64,000 bases of DNA from Isoptericola halotolerans (GCF_013149785.1 NZ_JABEZU010000002.1:744001-808000); one strand, 5' to 3'. Counted from the first letter of the stretch, positions 36,680 to 49,035 are shown. Made by a program: numbers and translations. The notes: generated by a model not told the origin, from the sequence alone.

Positions 36680-38106
36680 GCGGCCTGGAACAGGCACCGA
36701 CGTCGGCGCTGCCGACCGGCGGGCAGGGTGCGGCGGGCACGCCCTGGCCGTCGGGCGCCCGGCGTCGGACCGACGGCGAGCTCGAGGTCGCGGGCGTCTC
36801 GGTGAGCGGGCTGGCTGCCGAGCACGGCACCCCCGCCTACGTGCTCGACGAGGCGGACTTCCGGGCGCGTGCCCGTGCCTATCGCACCGCGTTCGAGGCC
36901 GCCTTCGCCGAGGTGGGCGCCGGCGTCGACGTCTACTACGCCGGCAAGGCCCTGCTGACCGTGGCGGTCGCGCGGTGGGCCACCCAGGAGGGTCTGCGGG
37001 TCGACACCGCCTCGGGCGGCGAGCTCGCGGTGGCCCTGCGTGCCGGCGTGCCGGGCACGTCGATCGGGCTGCACGGCAACAACAAGTCCGACGCCGAGGT
37101 CCTCGCCGCGCTCGACGCCGGGGTGGGCCGCCTCATCGTCGACTCGCTCGTGGAGATCGAGCGGGTGGCGGACCTCGCGGCGTCCCGCGGCGTGACCGCA
37201 CCGGTGATGGTGCGCGTCACCACGGGCGTCCACGCGGGCGGGCACGAGTACATCTCGACGGCGCACGAGGACCAGAAGTTCGGTCTCGCGGTCGCCCCGG
37301 GGCCCGACGGCGGCACGTCCCCGGCGCTCGCGGCCCTGGAGGCCGTGGTGGCCCGCCCGGAGCTGGAGCTGCTGGGGATCCACTCGCACATCGGGTCCCA
37401 GATCCTCGACGCGTCGGGGTTCGAGGCGGCGGCGCGGGTCGTGCTGCAGCTCCGGGCGGACCTGGCTGCGCGGACGGGCGTGCTCGTCGGCGAGGTCGAC
37501 CTGGGCGGCGGGTACGGCATCGCCTACCTGCCGGGGGAGGTGCCGTTGGATCCTGCGCGGATCGCGAAGGACGTGGCGGGCACCGTCGCGGAGGTCTCGG
37601 ACGAGCTCGGTACGCCGCTGCCGCGGTTCTCGATCGAGCCCGGGCGGGCGATCGTCGGGCCCGCGGGTCTGACGCTGTACACCGTGGGGACGGTCAAGCC
37701 GGTCACCGTCTCGGAGTCGGACGCCGACGACGGCGGGACCACGTTCACCCGTCTGTACGTCTCGGTCGACGGCGGCATGAGCGACAACATCCGTCCCGCG
37801 CTGTACGGCGCCGACTACCACGCGGAGATCGTGGGGAGGGAGTCCGACGCCGGGCCGGTGCTCGCCCGCGTCGTCGGCAAGCACTGCGAGAGCGGCGACA
37901 TCGTCGTCCACCAGGTCATGCTCCCCGGCGACGTGCGTGCCGGGGACCTGCTGGCGGTCGCCGCGACGGGCGCCTACGGGCGGTCGATGGCCTCGAACTA
38001 CAACGCGCTGACCCGCCCGCCGGTGCTCGCCGTCGCCGACGGCGCCGCACGGGTCCTCGTACGGCGCGAGACCGTCGAGGACCTGCTCGCGCTCGACCAG
38101 GGCTGA
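36676..38106 (+). CDS. lysA: Diaminopimelate decarboxylase
   Basis: YAGKA, HGNNKS, HSHIGSQI, EPGRAI, GKHCESGD. Confidence 0.96.
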   Translation: MSGLEQAPTSALPTGGQGAAGTPWPSGARRRTDGELEVAGVSVSGLAAEHGTPAYVLDEADFRARARAYRTAFEAAFAEVGAGVDVYYAGKALLTVAVARWATQEGLRVDTASGGELAVALRAGVPGTSIGLHGNNKSDAEVLAALDAGVGRLIVDSLVEIERVADLAASRGVTAPVMVRVTTGVHAGGHEYISTAHEDQKFGLAVAPGPDGGTSPALAALEAVVARPELELLGIHSHIGSQILDASGFEAAARVVLQLRADLAARTGVLVGEVDLGGGYGIAYLPGEVPLDPARIAKDVAGTVAEVSDELGTPLPRFSIEPGRAIVGPAGLTLYTVGTVKPVTVSESDADDGGTTFTRLYVSVDGGMSDNIRPALYGADYHAEIVGRESDAGPVLARVVGKHCESGDIVVHQVMLPGDVRAGDLLAVAATGAYGRSMASNYNALTRPPVLAVADGAARVLVRRETVEDLLALDQG

Positions 38107-38197
38107 TCCGTCCTCACCATCCGGGACGGTGGCCCGCGGCAGGTCGGCCGCGGCTATCCTGAGCCACGTCCTCCCCGACCTCGACCAAGGTGGTTTC

Positions 38198-39595
38198 GTG
38201 CCTGCTGCAGCTGACCCGCCCACCGTGCCTGCACCGTCGGGCACCCCACGCGCCGAGGATCGTCCCCTGCGCGTCGCCCTGCTGGGCTGCGGCGTGGTGG
38301 GGACCGAGGTGGCGCGGGGCCTGCTGGAGAACTCCGCCGAGCTGTCCGCCCGCGCCGGGGCACCGCTGGAGCTCGTCGGCATCGCGGTCCGTGACGCGTC
38401 CCGGGAGCGCGAGGGCATCCCGTCCGGGCTGCTCACCGAGGACGCCGAGGCCCTGGTGGCCGAGGCCGACGTCGTCGTCGAGCTGATGGGCGGTATCGAG
38501 CCGGCCCGCACGCTCATCCTGCGGGCCCTCGAGCGCGGCGCGAGCGTCGTCACCGCGAACAAGCAGCTGCTCGCCGAGCAGGGCCCCGTCCTGTTCGAGG
38601 CCGCGGACGCGGCCCGGGCCGACCTCTCCTTCGAGGCGGCCGTCGCCGGGGCCATCCCGATCGTGCGGCCCGTGCGCGAGTCCCTGGCCGGTGACCAGGT
38701 CCAGCGGGTGCTGGGCATCGTCAACGGCACCACGAACTACGTCCTGGACGAGATGACCAGCCAGGGCCTCGATCTCGAGGACGTCGTCAAGCGCGCCCAG
38801 GAGCTGGGTTACGCCGAGGCCGACCCGACCGCCGACGTCGACGGGTACGACGCCGCGGCCAAGGCCGCGATCCTGGCCTCGCTGGCGTTCCACACGCGGG
38901 TGTCGATCCACCAGGTCGCCCGGGAGGGGATCCGGGCGATCACGCGCGACGACGTCGACTGGGCGCGGCGCACCGGTTACGTGCTCAAGCTGCTCGCGAT
39001 CGCCGAGCGGACCTCGGAGGGCGTCGCGGCGCGGGTGCACCCCGCACTCGTGCCGACCGACCACCCGCTGGCGGCGGTGCGGGGGGCCTTCAACGCGGTG
39101 TTCGTCGAGGCCGAGTCCGCCGGTCCGCTGATGTTCTACGGCCAGGGTGCCGGTGGCCGGCCGACGTCGTCGGCGGTGCTCGGCGACCTGGTGTCCGCCG
39201 CGCGCGACCGGCTCGTCGGCGGCAAGGGACCGCGCGAGTCGGCCTATGCTTCCCTGCCGGTGCTGTCGGCGGACGCCGCCGTGACGCGGTACCAGATCCG
39301 CCTCGAGGTCGCGGACCGCACCGGCGTGCTGGCCCAGGTGGCCGGCGTGCTCGCCGACCACGGCGTCTCCATCGACACCGTGCGCCAGAGCGAGGCGCTG
39401 ACGGCGTCGTTCGAGGCGGAACCGGCGTCCGAGCCCTCGGCCGAGGTCGAGCCGGAGGAGACCGAGCCCGTCGCGCGCCTGGTCATCACCACCCACGCGG
39501 CGCGCGAGGCGTCGCTGGCCGCCACCGTCGCGGCCCTGGACGGGCTCGATCCCGTCCGCCAGATCACGTCCGTCCTGCGAGTCGAGGGAGTCTGA
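38198..39595 (+). CDS. hom: Homoserine dehydrogenase
   Basis: GCGVVG, VVTANK, NGTTNY, GYAEADP, C-terminal ACT domain; start uncertain. Confidence 0.95.
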   Translation: MPAAADPPTVPAPSGTPRAEDRPLRVALLGCGVVGTEVARGLLENSAELSARAGAPLELVGIAVRDASREREGIPSGLLTEDAEALVAEADVVVELMGGIEPARTLILRALERGASVVTANKQLLAEQGPVLFEAADAARADLSFEAAVAGAIPIVRPVRESLAGDQVQRVLGIVNGTTNYVLDEMTSQGLDLEDVVKRAQELGYAEADPTADVDGYDAAAKAAILASLAFHTRVSIHQVAREGIRAITRDDVDWARRTGYVLKLLAIAERTSEGVAARVHPALVPTDHPLAAVRGAFNAVFVEAESAGPLMFYGQGAGGRPTSSAVLGDLVSAARDRLVGGKGPRESAYASLPVLSADAAVTRYQIRLEVADRTGVLAQVAGVLADHGVSIDTVRQSEALTASFEAEPASEPSAEVEPEETEPVARLVITTHAAREASLAATVAALDGLDPVRQITSVLRVEGV

Positions 39596-39596
39596 G

Positions 39597-40703
39597 ATGC
39601 CGGCACACCAGTGGCGGGGTGTCATCACCGAGTACGCCGACCGCCTGCCGGCCCACGTCACCGAGAGGATCGTGACCCTGGGGGAGGGCGGTACCCCGCT
39701 CGTCCCCGCGCCCGCGCTCTCTGAGCGCACGGGTGCCGAGGTGTACGTCAAGGTCGAGGGCATGAACCCGACGGGTTCGTTCAAGGACCGGGGCATGACG
39801 ACGGCGATGTCCGCGGCGGCCGGCCGCGGGGCGAAGGTCGTCGTGTGCGCGTCCACGGGCAACACCTCCGCCTCGGCGGCGGCCTACGCGACCCGGGCGG
39901 GGATGACCTGCGCGGTGCTGGTGCCGGACGGCAAGATCGCGATGGGCAAGCTGAGCCAGGCGATCGCCCACGGCGCGAGGCTGCTCCAGGTCGACGGGAA
40001 CTTCGACGACTGCCTCGTGGTCGCGCGCAAGCTCGCCGAGGCCTACCCGGTCGAGCTCGTGAACTCGGTGAACCCGGACCGCATCGAGGGCCAGAAGACG
40101 GGTGCGTTCGAGGTCGTCGACGCCCTCGGGGACGCCCCGGACATCCATGCGCTGCCGGTGGGCAACGCCGGGAACATCACGGCCTACTGGAAGGGCTACC
40201 GCGAGTACGCGGGCGTGCCCACCAGCGACGAGGGCCCGGGCGCGGCGCCGCAGGCCGTCGCCACCCGCACCCCGGCGATGTGGGGCTTCCAGGCGGCGGG
40301 CGCGGCCCCGATCGTCAAGGGGCACCCCGTGGACCCGGAGACGATCGCCACGGCGATCCGGATCGGCAACCCGGCCTCCTGGGCGCAGGCCGAGGCGGCG
40401 CGCGACGACTCCGGCGGCGTCATCGAGGCGGTCTCCGACGACCAGATCCTCGCGGCGCACCGGGTGCTCTCGGCCGACGTCGGTGTCTTCGTCGAGCCGG
40501 CGTCCGCGGCCGGCGTCGCGGGCGTGCTCGCCCGTGCGGAGCGCGGCCTGGTGCCGGCGGGCGCACGGATCGTGATCACGGTGACGGGCCACGGCCTCAA
40601 GGACCCGCAGTGGGCGCTGCGCACGCTCGACGGCGGCGAGGTGACCCCGACCCGCGTCACGGCCGACGTCGTGTCGGTGGCCGACGCGCTCGGGCTGGAG
40701 TGA
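39597..40703 (+). CDS. thrC: Threonine synthase
   Basis: [25 protein letters not shown]. Confidence 0.96.
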   Translation: MPAHQWRGVITEYADRLPAHVTERIVTLGEGGTPLVPAPALSERTGAEVYVKVEGMNPTGSFKDRGMTTAMSAAAGRGAKVVVCASTGNTSASAAAYATRAGMTCAVLVPDGKIAMGKLSQAIAHGARLLQVDGNFDDCLVVARKLAEAYPVELVNSVNPDRIEGQKTGAFEVVDALGDAPDIHALPVGNAGNITAYWKGYREYAGVPTSDEGPGAAPQAVATRTPAMWGFQAAGAAPIVKGHPVDPETIATAIRIGNPASWAQAEAARDDSGGVIEAVSDDQILAAHRVLSADVGVFVEPASAAGVAGVLARAERGLVPAGARIVITVTGHGLKDPQWALRTLDGGEVTPTRVTADVVSVADALGLE

Positions 40704-40704
40704 G

Positions 40705-41649
40705 ATGAGGCTCGGCGCCGACCACGTGCTGGTCCGGGTCCCCGCCACCAGCGCGAACCTCGGCCCCGGCTTCGACGCGATGGGGCTCGCCCTGGGGTTG
40801 CACGACGAGATCGAGGTCCAGCTCGTCGCGAGCGACGACGTGCGGGTCGAGGTCGTGGGAGAAGGCGCCGGGGAGGTTCCCGACGGCGCCGAGCACCTCG
40901 TGGTGCGGGCACTTCAGCACACGCTCGAGGCAGCGGGCGCACCACTGACGGGCGTGCACCTGCGCTGCACGAACCGCATCCCCCACGGCCGTGGTCTGGG
41001 GTCGTCCGCCGCGGCCGTGGTGTCCGGGATCGTCGCCGCCCGCGGGCTGCTGGCCGACCCGCACGCCCTGGACGCGCGGGCCATGCTCAGCATCGCCACC
41101 GCGTTCGAGGGGCACCCGGACAACGCCGCCCCCGCGCTGCAGGGTGGTGCGACGCTCGCATGGTCCGGCGCCGACGGGCCGCGGGCGGTGAGTCTCGAGG
41201 TCGACCCTCGGATCCGTGCGACGGTGCTGGTCCCCGAGGCGCGGCTCGCCACGAGCCGCGCGCGCGGTGTGCTGCCGCAGCAGGTCCCGCACGCCGATGC
41301 GGCCTTCACGGCGGGTCGGGCGGCTCTCCTCGTCGAGGCGCTCGCACGACGGCCTGAGCTGTTGCTGGACGCGACGGAGGACAGGCTCCACCAGGACTAC
41401 CGCGCCGAGGTGATGGCGTCGACGACCGAGCTCGTGCGGGCCCTGCGGGCCGAGGGTCTGGCGGCCACCGTCTCCGGTGCGGGCCCGACGGTGCTGGTCC
41501 TGGCCACCGCCGAGCAGGAGCCGGCGCTCGACGCGTTGCTGGGTGAGCTGCTCGGCGGCGGGCGTGACGGCGCCACGGACGGTGGCTGGAAGGTCGGTCG
41601 CCCGGCGATCGATGCGACCGGAGCGACATGTCGCAGCGTCGGCCCGTAG
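40705..41649 (+). CDS. thrB: Homoserine kinase
   Basis: PATSANLGPGFD, PHGRGLGSS, EGHPDN, SGAGPT. Confidence 0.96.
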   Translation: MRLGADHVLVRVPATSANLGPGFDAMGLALGLHDEIEVQLVASDDVRVEVVGEGAGEVPDGAEHLVVRALQHTLEAAGAPLTGVHLRCTNRIPHGRGLGSSAAAVVSGIVAARGLLADPHALDARAMLSIATAFEGHPDNAAPALQGGATLAWSGADGPRAVSLEVDPRIRATVLVPEARLATSRARGVLPQQVPHADAAFTAGRAALLVEALARRPELLLDATEDRLHQDYRAEVMASTTELVRALRAEGLAATVSGAGPTVLVLATAEQEPALDALLGELLGGGRDGATDGGWKVGRPAIDATGATCRSVGP

Positions 41650-41945
41650 CGGACCCTGAAAGTGATAGCATGAGGCAAGCCTTCGGGATCGACCACGACG
41701 GCACCCACCCCACACTGCTCCGCGCGAGTTCGCGCGTCGTGGCAGTCCGAGGAGTGTCAGGCCGCGGCGGCAGCGTCAACGTCACCGATATCCCGTGCAG
41801 AAGGCCGACAGCAACCTCGTCAGCCGACGTCGTCGTACCACTGACGTGAGGTTCCGCGTCCAGGCGCCCCCTGTGCCCGGACGCCCACCACCCCGGCCCG
41901 AGCGGTTCACCCCGCCGGACCGCATACGAGGGGGAAGGGTCCTTC

Positions 41946-43901
41946 GTGACGAACTCCAACGACAACCTGAGCTCGATGAAGCTTGCCGAGCTCCAGGCGC
42001 TCGCGTCCCAGATGGGCGTCAAGGGCACGAGCCGCATGCGCAAGGGCGACCTTGCCGAGACCATCCGGGCTCGACGCAGCGGTGGCGCCGGAGCTCCGGC
42101 GGCCGAGTCCCAGCGCTCGTCCCAGCGACAGCCCGCCACCGAGCGCCCCGCCACCGAGCGTCCCGCTGCTGCGACCGTCGAGCAGGCGCCGTCCGCCGCT
42201 CCGGTCGCCGCGGCGACCGCCGGCGCGACGGCGGTCCGGACCGACGCCCCGACCGAGTCCGGCCAGCGACGTCGTCGCGCCACCCGGCCGACCGGGTCCA
42301 CCGGAGAGGCGGGGGGCCGGTCGGGCGAGCAGACCGGCGAGAGCAGCGTCGACCGGGAGGCGCGGCTCGCCGAGCTCGCCGACGCCGTGGCTGCCCCTCG
42401 CGAGCGCGGTCAGCGTCAGCGCGGCGAGCGTCAGTCCGGCCAGAACGCCCACCAGGGTGGGCAGCAGCCGGCACAGGGCTCCGAGCAGTCGGGCCAGGCC
42501 GGCCAGTCGGCGCAGTCCGGGTCCGAGGACCGCGGTGCCGGCGGCCAGAACGACCGGCAGCGCGCCGACCAGCAGGACCGCAACGGGTCCCGTCGCCGTC
42601 GCGGGCGTGACCGTGGCCGCGACCGCAAGCGCGGCCGCACCGGTGGACGCGGACCCGGCGCTCCCGACCTGGGCCCGGAAGAGGTCGTCGACGTCCGCGA
42701 GGACGACGTCCTGCTGCCCGTGGCGGGCATCCTCGACATCCTCGACAGCTACGCCTTCGTGCGCACGAGCGGCTACCTGCCCGGCCCGAAGGACGTGTAC
42801 GTCTCGCTCAACCAGGTCCGCAAGGCGGGCCTGCGCCGCGGTGACGCCGTCGTCGGTGCGATCCGTCAGCCCCGCGACGGCGAGGAGCCGCCCGCCGGTG
42901 GCAGCCAGACGGGCAAGAACGTGCGCAGCAAGTTCGCGGCGCTCGTGCGCCTGGACACCGTCAACGGCATGACGCCGGACGAGGCGCGCCAGCGCCCGGA
43001 GTTCACCAAGCTGACGCCCCTGTACCCGCAGGACCGGCTCCGGCTCGAGAACCCCGAGGCGACCCGGCTCACCCCCCGCGTGATCGACATCGTCGCCCCG
43101 ATCGGCAAGGGTCAGCGAGGCCTCATCGTCTCGCCCCCCAAGGCCGGCAAGACGATCATCATGCAGCAGATCGCGAACGCGATCACGGCCAACAACCCTG
43201 AGGTCCACCTCATGGTCGTGCTCGTCGACGAGCGCCCCGAAGAGGTCACCGACATGGAGCGCACGGTCAAGGGCGAGGTCATCGCCTCGACCTTCGACCG
43301 CCCCGCCTCGGACCACACGATCGTCGCGGAGCTCGCGATCGAGCGCGCGAAGCGCCTCGTGGAGCTCGGCCAGGACGTCGTCGTGCTCCTCGACTCCATC
43401 ACGCGTCTCTCGCGGGCCTACAACCTGGCCGCGCCGGCGTCGGGCCGCATCCTGTCCGGTGGTGTCGACGCCGCGGCGCTCTACCCGCCGAAGAAGTTCT
43501 TCGGCGCTGCCCGCAACATCGAGGAGGGCGGTTCGCTGACGATCCTCGGTTCTGCGCTCGTCGAGACGGGCTCGAAGATGGACGAGGTGATCTTCGAGGA
43601 GTTCAAGGGCACCGGCAACATGGAGCTGCGCCTGTCCCGCAACCTCGCCGACAAGCGCATCTTCCCGGCCGTCGACGTCAACGGTTCCGGCACGCGGCGC
43701 GAGGAGATCCTGCTGTCGAAGGACGAGCTCGGGATCGTCTACAAGCTGCGTCGTGTCATGGGGGCGCTGGACCAGCAGCAGGCGATCGAGCTCCTGCTGG
43801 GTCAGCTCAAGAAGTCCAAGACCAACGTCGAGTTCCTCCTGCACGTGCAGAAGACGACGCCGGCAGGGCTCTCGGACGGGGACCCGGGCGAGACCATCTG
43901 A
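41946..43901 (+). CDS. rho: Transcription termination factor Rho with N-terminal low-complexity insertion
   Basis: [39 protein letters not shown]. Confidence 0.97.
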   Translation: MTNSNDNLSSMKLAELQALASQMGVKGTSRMRKGDLAETIRARRSGGAGAPAAESQRSSQRQPATERPATERPAAATVEQAPSAAPVAAATAGATAVRTDAPTESGQRRRRATRPTGSTGEAGGRSGEQTGESSVDREARLAELADAVAAPRERGQRQRGERQSGQNAHQGGQQPAQGSEQSGQAGQSAQSGSEDRGAGGQNDRQRADQQDRNGSRRRRGRDRGRDRKRGRTGGRGPGAPDLGPEEVVDVREDDVLLPVAGILDILDSYAFVRTSGYLPGPKDVYVSLNQVRKAGLRRGDAVVGAIRQPRDGEEPPAGGSQTGKNVRSKFAALVRLDTVNGMTPDEARQRPEFTKLTPLYPQDRLRLENPEATRLTPRVIDIVAPIGKGQRGLIVSPPKAGKTIIMQQIANAITANNPEVHLMVVLVDERPEEVTDMERTVKGEVIASTFDRPASDHTIVAELAIERAKRLVELGQDVVVLLDSITRLSRAYNLAAPASGRILSGGVDAAALYPPKKFFGAARNIEEGGSLTILGSALVETGSKMDEVIFEEFKGTGNMELRLSRNLADKRIFPAVDVNGSGTRREEILLSKDELGIVYKLRRVMGALDQQQAIELLLGQLKKSKTNVEFLLHVQKTTPAGLSDGDPGETI

Positions 43902-43911
43902 CGTCACACCG

Positions 43912-43937
43912 GGAACACGCCCTGGCGCGCACGCGTT
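43912..43937 (+). promoter_or_regulatory. Putative SigR/SigH promoter of rpmE
   Basis: GGAAC (43912-43916), 18-nt spacer, GTT (43935-43937); extended -10-like TGGCACAAT follows. Confidence 0.6.
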
Positions 43938-44019
43938 CTGGCACAATGGTTCGTCGGTCGACCGGTTCACGGCTCGCGGTCCTGCGAGGCGACCCGGCGG
44001 CATCACACCAAGGAGCATC

Positions 44020-44226
44020 ATGAAGTCGGCTATCCACCCCGAGTACGTCACGACCGAGGTCACCTGCACCTGCGGCAACACGTTCACGACCCGCAGCACC
44101 GAGAAGTCGGGCAAGATCTCGGCCGACGTGTGCAGCGCCTGCCACCCGTTCTACACGGGCAAGCAGAAGATCCTGGACACCGGTGGCCGCGTGGCCCGGT
44201 TCCAGGCGCGCTACGGCAAGAAGTAG
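44020..44226 (+). CDS. rpmE: 50S ribosomal protein L31 (Zn-binding form)
   Basis: [27 protein letters not shown]. Confidence 0.97.
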   Translation: MKSAIHPEYVTTEVTCTCGNTFTTRSTEKSGKISADVCSACHPFYTGKQKILDTGGRVARFQARYGKK

Positions 44227-44234
44227 CACCCCGC

Positions 44235-44299
44235 ACAGCGCCGGTGGTCCGCCCGACAACCTCTCCAGGGGCAGTCGGACGTCGGACCACCGGCGCTGT
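44235..44299 (+). terminator. Hairpin after rpmE
   Basis: ACAGCGCCGGTGGTCCG...CGGACCACCGGCGCTGT 17-bp arms. Confidence 0.6.
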
Positions 44300-44346
44300 C
44301 GTGTCTCCCCGCCCACCGGTCCCCACGACGAGAGAGAAGAGCCGAC

Positions 44347-45450
44347 GTGACCGAGGACTTCGCGGTGGCCGAGCCGTTGCTGGCCGAGCACGCCGACATC
44401 GAGCGCGCGCTCGCCGACCCTGCGGTGCACGCCGACGCCGCCCGGGCGCGGACGCTCGGCCGGCGGTACGCGGAGCTCAACCAGGTCGTCGGCGCCTACC
44501 GGGCGTGGGCGTCCGCGCGTGACGATGCCGCGACGGCCGCCGAGCTCATCGAGATGTCGGGCGACGACGCACCCGAGCTCACGGCCGAGCTGCCGGCACT
44601 GCGCGAGGCGGAGTCCGACGCCGCGGAGCTGCTGCGGCGCGTGCTGGTCCCGCGCGACCCCGACGACGGTCGCGACGTGATCCTCGAGATCAAGGCCGGC
44701 GAGGGTGGGGACGAGTCGGCGCTCTTCGCCGGCGACCTGCTGCGCATGTACCTGCGGTACGCCGAGCGCCGCGGCTGGAGCACCCAGGTCCTCGAGTCCA
44801 CGGGGACCGAGCTCGGCGGCTACAAGGACGTCCAGGTCGCCGTGAAGTCCAAGGGTGTGCTGCAGGACCCCGGCGACGGGGTGTGGGCCCACCTCAAGTA
44901 CGAGGGCGGCGTCCACCGCGTGCAGCGCGTGCCCGTCACGGAGTCGCAGGGACGCATCCACACCTCCGCAGCAGGCGTGCTCGTGTTTCCCGAGGTCGAC
45001 GACCCGGGCGAGGTCGAGATCGACCCGAACGACCTGCGCATCGACGTCTACCGTTCGTCCGGGCCGGGCGGGCAGTCGGTGAACACCACCGACTCGGCGG
45101 TGCGGATCACCCACCAGCCCACCGGGATCGTGGTGTCCATGCAGAACGAGAAGTCGCAGCTGCAGAACAAGGAGCAGGCGATGCGCGTGCTCCGGGCGCG
45201 GCTGCTGGCCGCCCGGCAGGAGGAGGCCGCCGCCGCCGCGGCCGACATCCGCCGGTCCCAGATCCGGACGGTCGACCGCTCGGAGCGCATCCGCACGTAC
45301 AACTTCCCGGAGAACCGGATCGCGGACCACCGCACGGGCTACAAGGCGTACAACCTCGACCACGTGCTCGCCGGGGACCTCGACCCCGTGGTGCGGTCGG
45401 CGATCGACGCCGACGAGGCGGCCCGGCTGGCCGCTGCCGGCGATGCCTGA
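44347..45450 (+). CDS. prfA: Peptide chain release factor 1
   Basis: GGQ motif, PVT recognition loop, RIRTYNFP. Confidence 0.97.
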   Translation: MTEDFAVAEPLLAEHADIERALADPAVHADAARARTLGRRYAELNQVVGAYRAWASARDDAATAAELIEMSGDDAPELTAELPALREAESDAAELLRRVLVPRDPDDGRDVILEIKAGEGGDESALFAGDLLRMYLRYAERRGWSTQVLESTGTELGGYKDVQVAVKSKGVLQDPGDGVWAHLKYEGGVHRVQRVPVTESQGRIHTSAAGVLVFPEVDDPGEVEIDPNDLRIDVYRSSGPGGQSVNTTDSAVRITHQPTGIVVSMQNEKSQLQNKEQAMRVLRARLLAARQEEAAAAAADIRRSQIRTVDRSERIRTYNFPENRIADHRTGYKAYNLDHVLAGDLDPVVRSAIDADEAARLAAAGDA

Positions 45451-46435
45451 GGCGGGGCCGAGCAGGGCGGCGGTGGACCAGCGCCCCACGGCGCTGCTCC
45501 GTACGGCGTCTTCCACCCTCGCGGCCGCCGGCGTCCCGTCCCCGCGCGTCGACGCCGAGGTCCTCCTGGCGCACGTCCTCGGTGTCGACCGTGCGGAGCT
45601 CCGCCGTCTCGCCGTGCTCGACGACCCGGTCGGGAACAAGGGGTCCGACGGCGGCACCGGGGACAGTGCACCGGTCGCCGAGGTCTTCGCGCGCCTCGTC
45701 GAGCGGCGTGCCCGGCGAGAACCCCTGCAGCACCTGACGGGCCGCGCCGCCTTCCGGTACCTCGAGCTCCACGTCGGTCCCGGGGTCTTCGTGCCCCGGC
45801 CCGAGACGGAGGAGGTCGCCCAGGTCGCCGTCGACGCGGCCGTCGTCTCCGTGCGCGAGCGCGGCAGCGCCGTCGTCGTCGACCTGTGCGCCGGGTCGGG
45901 TGCTATCGCGCTGGCCGTCGCGACCGAGGTCCCGGGGGCGTCGGTGCACGCGGTCGAGCTCGACGAGCAGGCTCACTCCTGGGCCGCGCGCAACGTCGCG
46001 AGGCTGTCGCCCGGCGGAGCGGCGTCGGTCGTGCACCTGGTGCGCGGCGACGCGCGCACCGCGCTGGGTGCGCTCGACGGCACCGTCGACGTCGTCGTCT
46101 CCAACCCTCCGTACGTGCCCCCGGGTGCGGTGCCGCACGACCCCGAGGTCGCGGACCACGACCCGCCCGTCGCCCTGTACGGGCTGGGCGGCGACGGGCT
46201 CGAGGTGCCGCGCGGCGTGACGGCGGCGGCCGTCCGTCTCCTGCGTCCGGGCGGGCTCTACGTCATGGAGCACGCCGAGGTGCAGGCCGAGGCCGCCCGC
46301 TCGATGGTGGCGGCCGCGGGCTTCGCCGAGGTGCGGACCCGGCAGGACCTCACGGGGCGGCCGCGCATGGTGGTCGGCAGGGCCCCCGGGCGTGCGCCGG
46401 GCGACGTGCGAACCGTGACAGACTGGGGCGTGTGA
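45443..46435 (+). CDS. prmC: Release factor glutamine methyltransferase
   Basis: [26 protein letters not shown]. Confidence 0.95.
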   Translation: MPEAGPSRAAVDQRPTALLRTASSTLAAAGVPSPRVDAEVLLAHVLGVDRAELRRLAVLDDPVGNKGSDGGTGDSAPVAEVFARLVERRARREPLQHLTGRAAFRYLELHVGPGVFVPRPETEEVAQVAVDAAVVSVRERGSAVVVDLCAGSGAIALAVATEVPGASVHAVELDEQAHSWAARNVARLSPGGAASVVHLVRGDARTALGALDGTVDVVVSNPPYVPPGAVPHDPEVADHDPPVALYGLGGDGLEVPRGVTAAAVRLLRPGGLYVMEHAEVQAEAARSMVAAAGFAEVRTRQDLTGRPRMVVGRAPGRAPGDVRTVTDWGV

Positions 46436-47139
46436 GCAGCGTGCACGACGTCACCGACGCGAACACCTGGGGCCCCGGCATCGACGAGGCGGTCAACACG
46501 ATCTCCCGCGGTGGCCTGGTGGTCCTCCCGACCGACACCGTCTACGGGATCGGCGCCGACGCGTTCGACGCCGACGCCGTCGCCGCCCTCCTGGCGGCGA
46601 AGGGGCGCGGGCGCCAGATGCCGCCCCCGGTGCTGGTCCCGGACGTGCGGACCCTCGACGGGCTCGCGACCGAGGTGCCCGACGAGGCGCGCGCCCTGGT
46701 CGAGGAGTTCTGGCCCGGTGGCTTCACCATCATCCTGCGCGCACAGCCCTCCCTCCAGTGGGACCTGGGTGAGACGCACGGCACGGTGGCCCTGCGCATG
46801 CCCGACCACGAGGCCGCGCTCGCGCTGCTGCGTCGCACCGGTCCGCTCGCCGTCTCCAGCGCCAACCGGACCGGGCAGCAGGCCGCCCGCGAGGCGTCCG
46901 ACGCCGTCGAGCAGCTCGGAGACGCCGTGGGGTGCTACCTCGACGGCGGCACGGCGCCCGGCGGGGTCGCCTCCACGATCGTCGACGCGACGGGGGAGCA
47001 CCTGCGGGTGGTGCGCGAGGGTGCGGTGTCGCTGGACGAGCTCCGTGCGGTCACCCCCGTGCTCGGTCTCGGCGAGCAGCCGGACGAGCGGTCGGACGAG
47101 GAGCCCGGAGCGGGCCCGAGCGAGGTGCCCGCCGGGTGA
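46432..47139 (+). CDS. tsaC: L-threonylcarbamoyladenylate synthase (Sua5/TsaC)
   Basis: PTDTVYGI, KGR, FWPG, SSAN. Confidence 0.93.
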   Translation: MSSVHDVTDANTWGPGIDEAVNTISRGGLVVLPTDTVYGIGADAFDADAVAALLAAKGRGRQMPPPVLVPDVRTLDGLATEVPDEARALVEEFWPGGFTIILRAQPSLQWDLGETHGTVALRMPDHEAALALLRRTGPLAVSSANRTGQQAAREASDAVEQLGDAVGCYLDGGTAPGGVASTIVDATGEHLRVVREGAVSLDELRAVTPVLGLGEQPDERSDEEPGAGPSEVPAG

Positions 47140-48371
47140 GGGCCTACCTCCTGGTCATGCTCATCGCCGCGGCGGTGACCTACCTGGCCACCCCTGGCGC
47201 TCGGTGGGTCGCCACCCGGACGAACGCCATCTCCGCGGTCCGGGCGCGCGACGTCCACGTGCTGCCGACGCCGCGCCTGGGAGGGCTGGCGATGCTGTTC
47301 GGCCTCGTGGTGGCCGTGCTCATCGCCGGACAGATGCCGTTCCTCGACGGGGTGGCCGACGAACCGCAGGTGCTCGGCATCCTCGGGGGAGCGGTGATCG
47401 TGTGCCTGCTGGGGTGGGCCGACGACGTCTGGGACCTCGACTGGATGACCAAGCTGGCCGGCCAGGTGCTCGCTGCCGGCTTCATGGCCTTCAACCAGGT
47501 CCAGCTCACGTCGTTGCCGACGCCCGGGGGCCTCACGATCCCGTCGGCGAGGTTGTCGCTGTTCGTCACGATCCTCGTGGTGGTCGTCGCGATGAACGCC
47601 GTGAACTTCGTCGACGGGCTCGACGGGCTCGCGGCCGGGATCGTGGCGATCGGCGGCTCGGCGTTCTTCCTGTACACCTACTCGCTCACCACGCAGGCGA
47701 GCCCGACGGACTTCTCGAGCCTCGCGGCGATGATGACGGCCGTTCTGGTCGGCGTGTGTCTCGGGTTCCTGCCGCACAACTTCTATCCCTCGCACATCTT
47801 CATGGGCGACTCGGGGTCGATGGTCCTCGGGCTCGTCTTCGCCGGGGCGGCCATCTCGGTGACGGGGCGGATCGACCCGACGATCACCGACGCGCTGTCC
47901 GGCGCCCAGCGCGCCCCGCTGTTCATCCCGCTGCTGCTCCCGCTGGCCGTGGTGGTGCTGCCGTTGCTGGACATGACGATGGCGGTGGTCCGGCGGCTCG
48001 CCGCCGGCAAGTCGCCGATGGCGCCCGACCGCATGCATCTGCACCACCGGATGCTCGCGCTCGGGCACTCGCATCGCCGGGCCGTCCTCATCCTCTACGT
48101 CTGGACGGCCGTCTTCGCCTTCGGCGCCGCGGCGTTCGTGCGCTGGCGCTGGCAGGTGGTCGTCGTCTGGCTGCTCGTCGCGATCGTCGTGGCGCTCGTC
48201 CTCACGTTGGGCCCGCTGCGGACGCGAGGGCGCTTCCTCGACGACGACGTCGCCTCGGGCGCGCTGCCCACGGCCCACATGGCGGCGCCACCCGTCGTCC
48301 CGCCCCCCTCGAACCCGCACCCCAAGGAGTCGGACCATGACCGCACAGCCTCCCGCCCCGGACAGCCCTGA
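47136..48371 (+). CDS. wecA: Polyprenyl-phosphate GlcNAc-1-phosphate transferase (WecA/Rfe)
   Basis: PTPRLGG, DD, NAVNFVDGLDGL, FMGDSGS, HLHH. Confidence 0.9.
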   Translation: MRAYLLVMLIAAAVTYLATPGARWVATRTNAISAVRARDVHVLPTPRLGGLAMLFGLVVAVLIAGQMPFLDGVADEPQVLGILGGAVIVCLLGWADDVWDLDWMTKLAGQVLAAGFMAFNQVQLTSLPTPGGLTIPSARLSLFVTILVVVVAMNAVNFVDGLDGLAAGIVAIGGSAFFLYTYSLTTQASPTDFSSLAAMMTAVLVGVCLGFLPHNFYPSHIFMGDSGSMVLGLVFAGAAISVTGRIDPTITDALSGAQRAPLFIPLLLPLAVVVLPLLDMTMAVVRRLAAGKSPMAPDRMHLHHRMLALGHSHRRAVLILYVWTAVFAFGAAAFVRWRWQVVVVWLLVAIVVALVLTLGPLRTRGRFLDDDVASGALPTAHMAAPPVVPPPSNPHPKESDHDRTASRPGQP

Positions 48372-48822
48372 GGAGACGGGGCCGGACCCCGTCGCGACCG
48401 GGCGGTCGTTCGAGGAGGTCCATGCCGAGGAGCGCTTGATCCTGCGGCGTGCCATGCGCGACACCTTCGTCCTGGTCGTGTCGCTGCTGGTGCTCGGTGC
48501 CCTGGTCGGTGGCCTGGTCGTCGGTCCGGCCGGGGTGTGGGGCGCCGCGCTGGGTGCGGGTGTCGCCGCGTTCTTCTGCGGGACCACGATCTGGTCGATG
48601 CAGCGGACCGTGGGGGCGCCGCCGGCGCGGATGGCAGCGTTCGTGATGGGCGCGTGGCTGGCCAAGATCGTCGTGCTGCTCGTGGTGCTGGTGGTCCTGC
48701 GGGGCGCCGACTTCTACGACCCGTACGTCTTCGGTGCGGTGCTCCTGGTGGGTGTGATCGGCTCGGCGCTGCTCGACTACCGTGCGGTGGCGCGGGGGCG
48801 GATGCCGTACGTGCAGCCCTGA
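48337..48822 (+). CDS. ATP synthase protein I-like membrane protein
   Basis: Four TM helices; directly upstream of atpB. Confidence 0.75.
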   Translation: MTAQPPAPDSPEETGPDPVATGRSFEEVHAEERLILRRAMRDTFVLVVSLLVLGALVGGLVVGPAGVWGAALGAGVAAFFCGTTIWSMQRTVGAPPARMAAFVMGAWLAKIVVLLVVLVVLRGADFYDPYVFGAVLLVGVIGSALLDYRAVARGRMPYVQP

Positions 48823-49035
48823 TCGTCCCGGCGTGACCCGCGGTTTCGTGCTTTCTTTCACAAGTCGCAGGATCTTGCCGCTGATCGGCCCTCCGCGTGT
48901 CGGAGCACGGGTGATCATCCGGTAGGCTGTGCCTGAATCCATGACGGCCAGGTCCGACGACGTGCCATCTCCTGCGGTGTGCACCGGACCTAACGACCAC
49001 CGGGAGTCCTCCTGTTCACGTCAGCGACCCCCACG

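Noticed and set aside
42070..42660. Low-complexity Q/R/G-rich region in Rho
   Set aside because: Known N-terminal insertion of actinobacterial Rho
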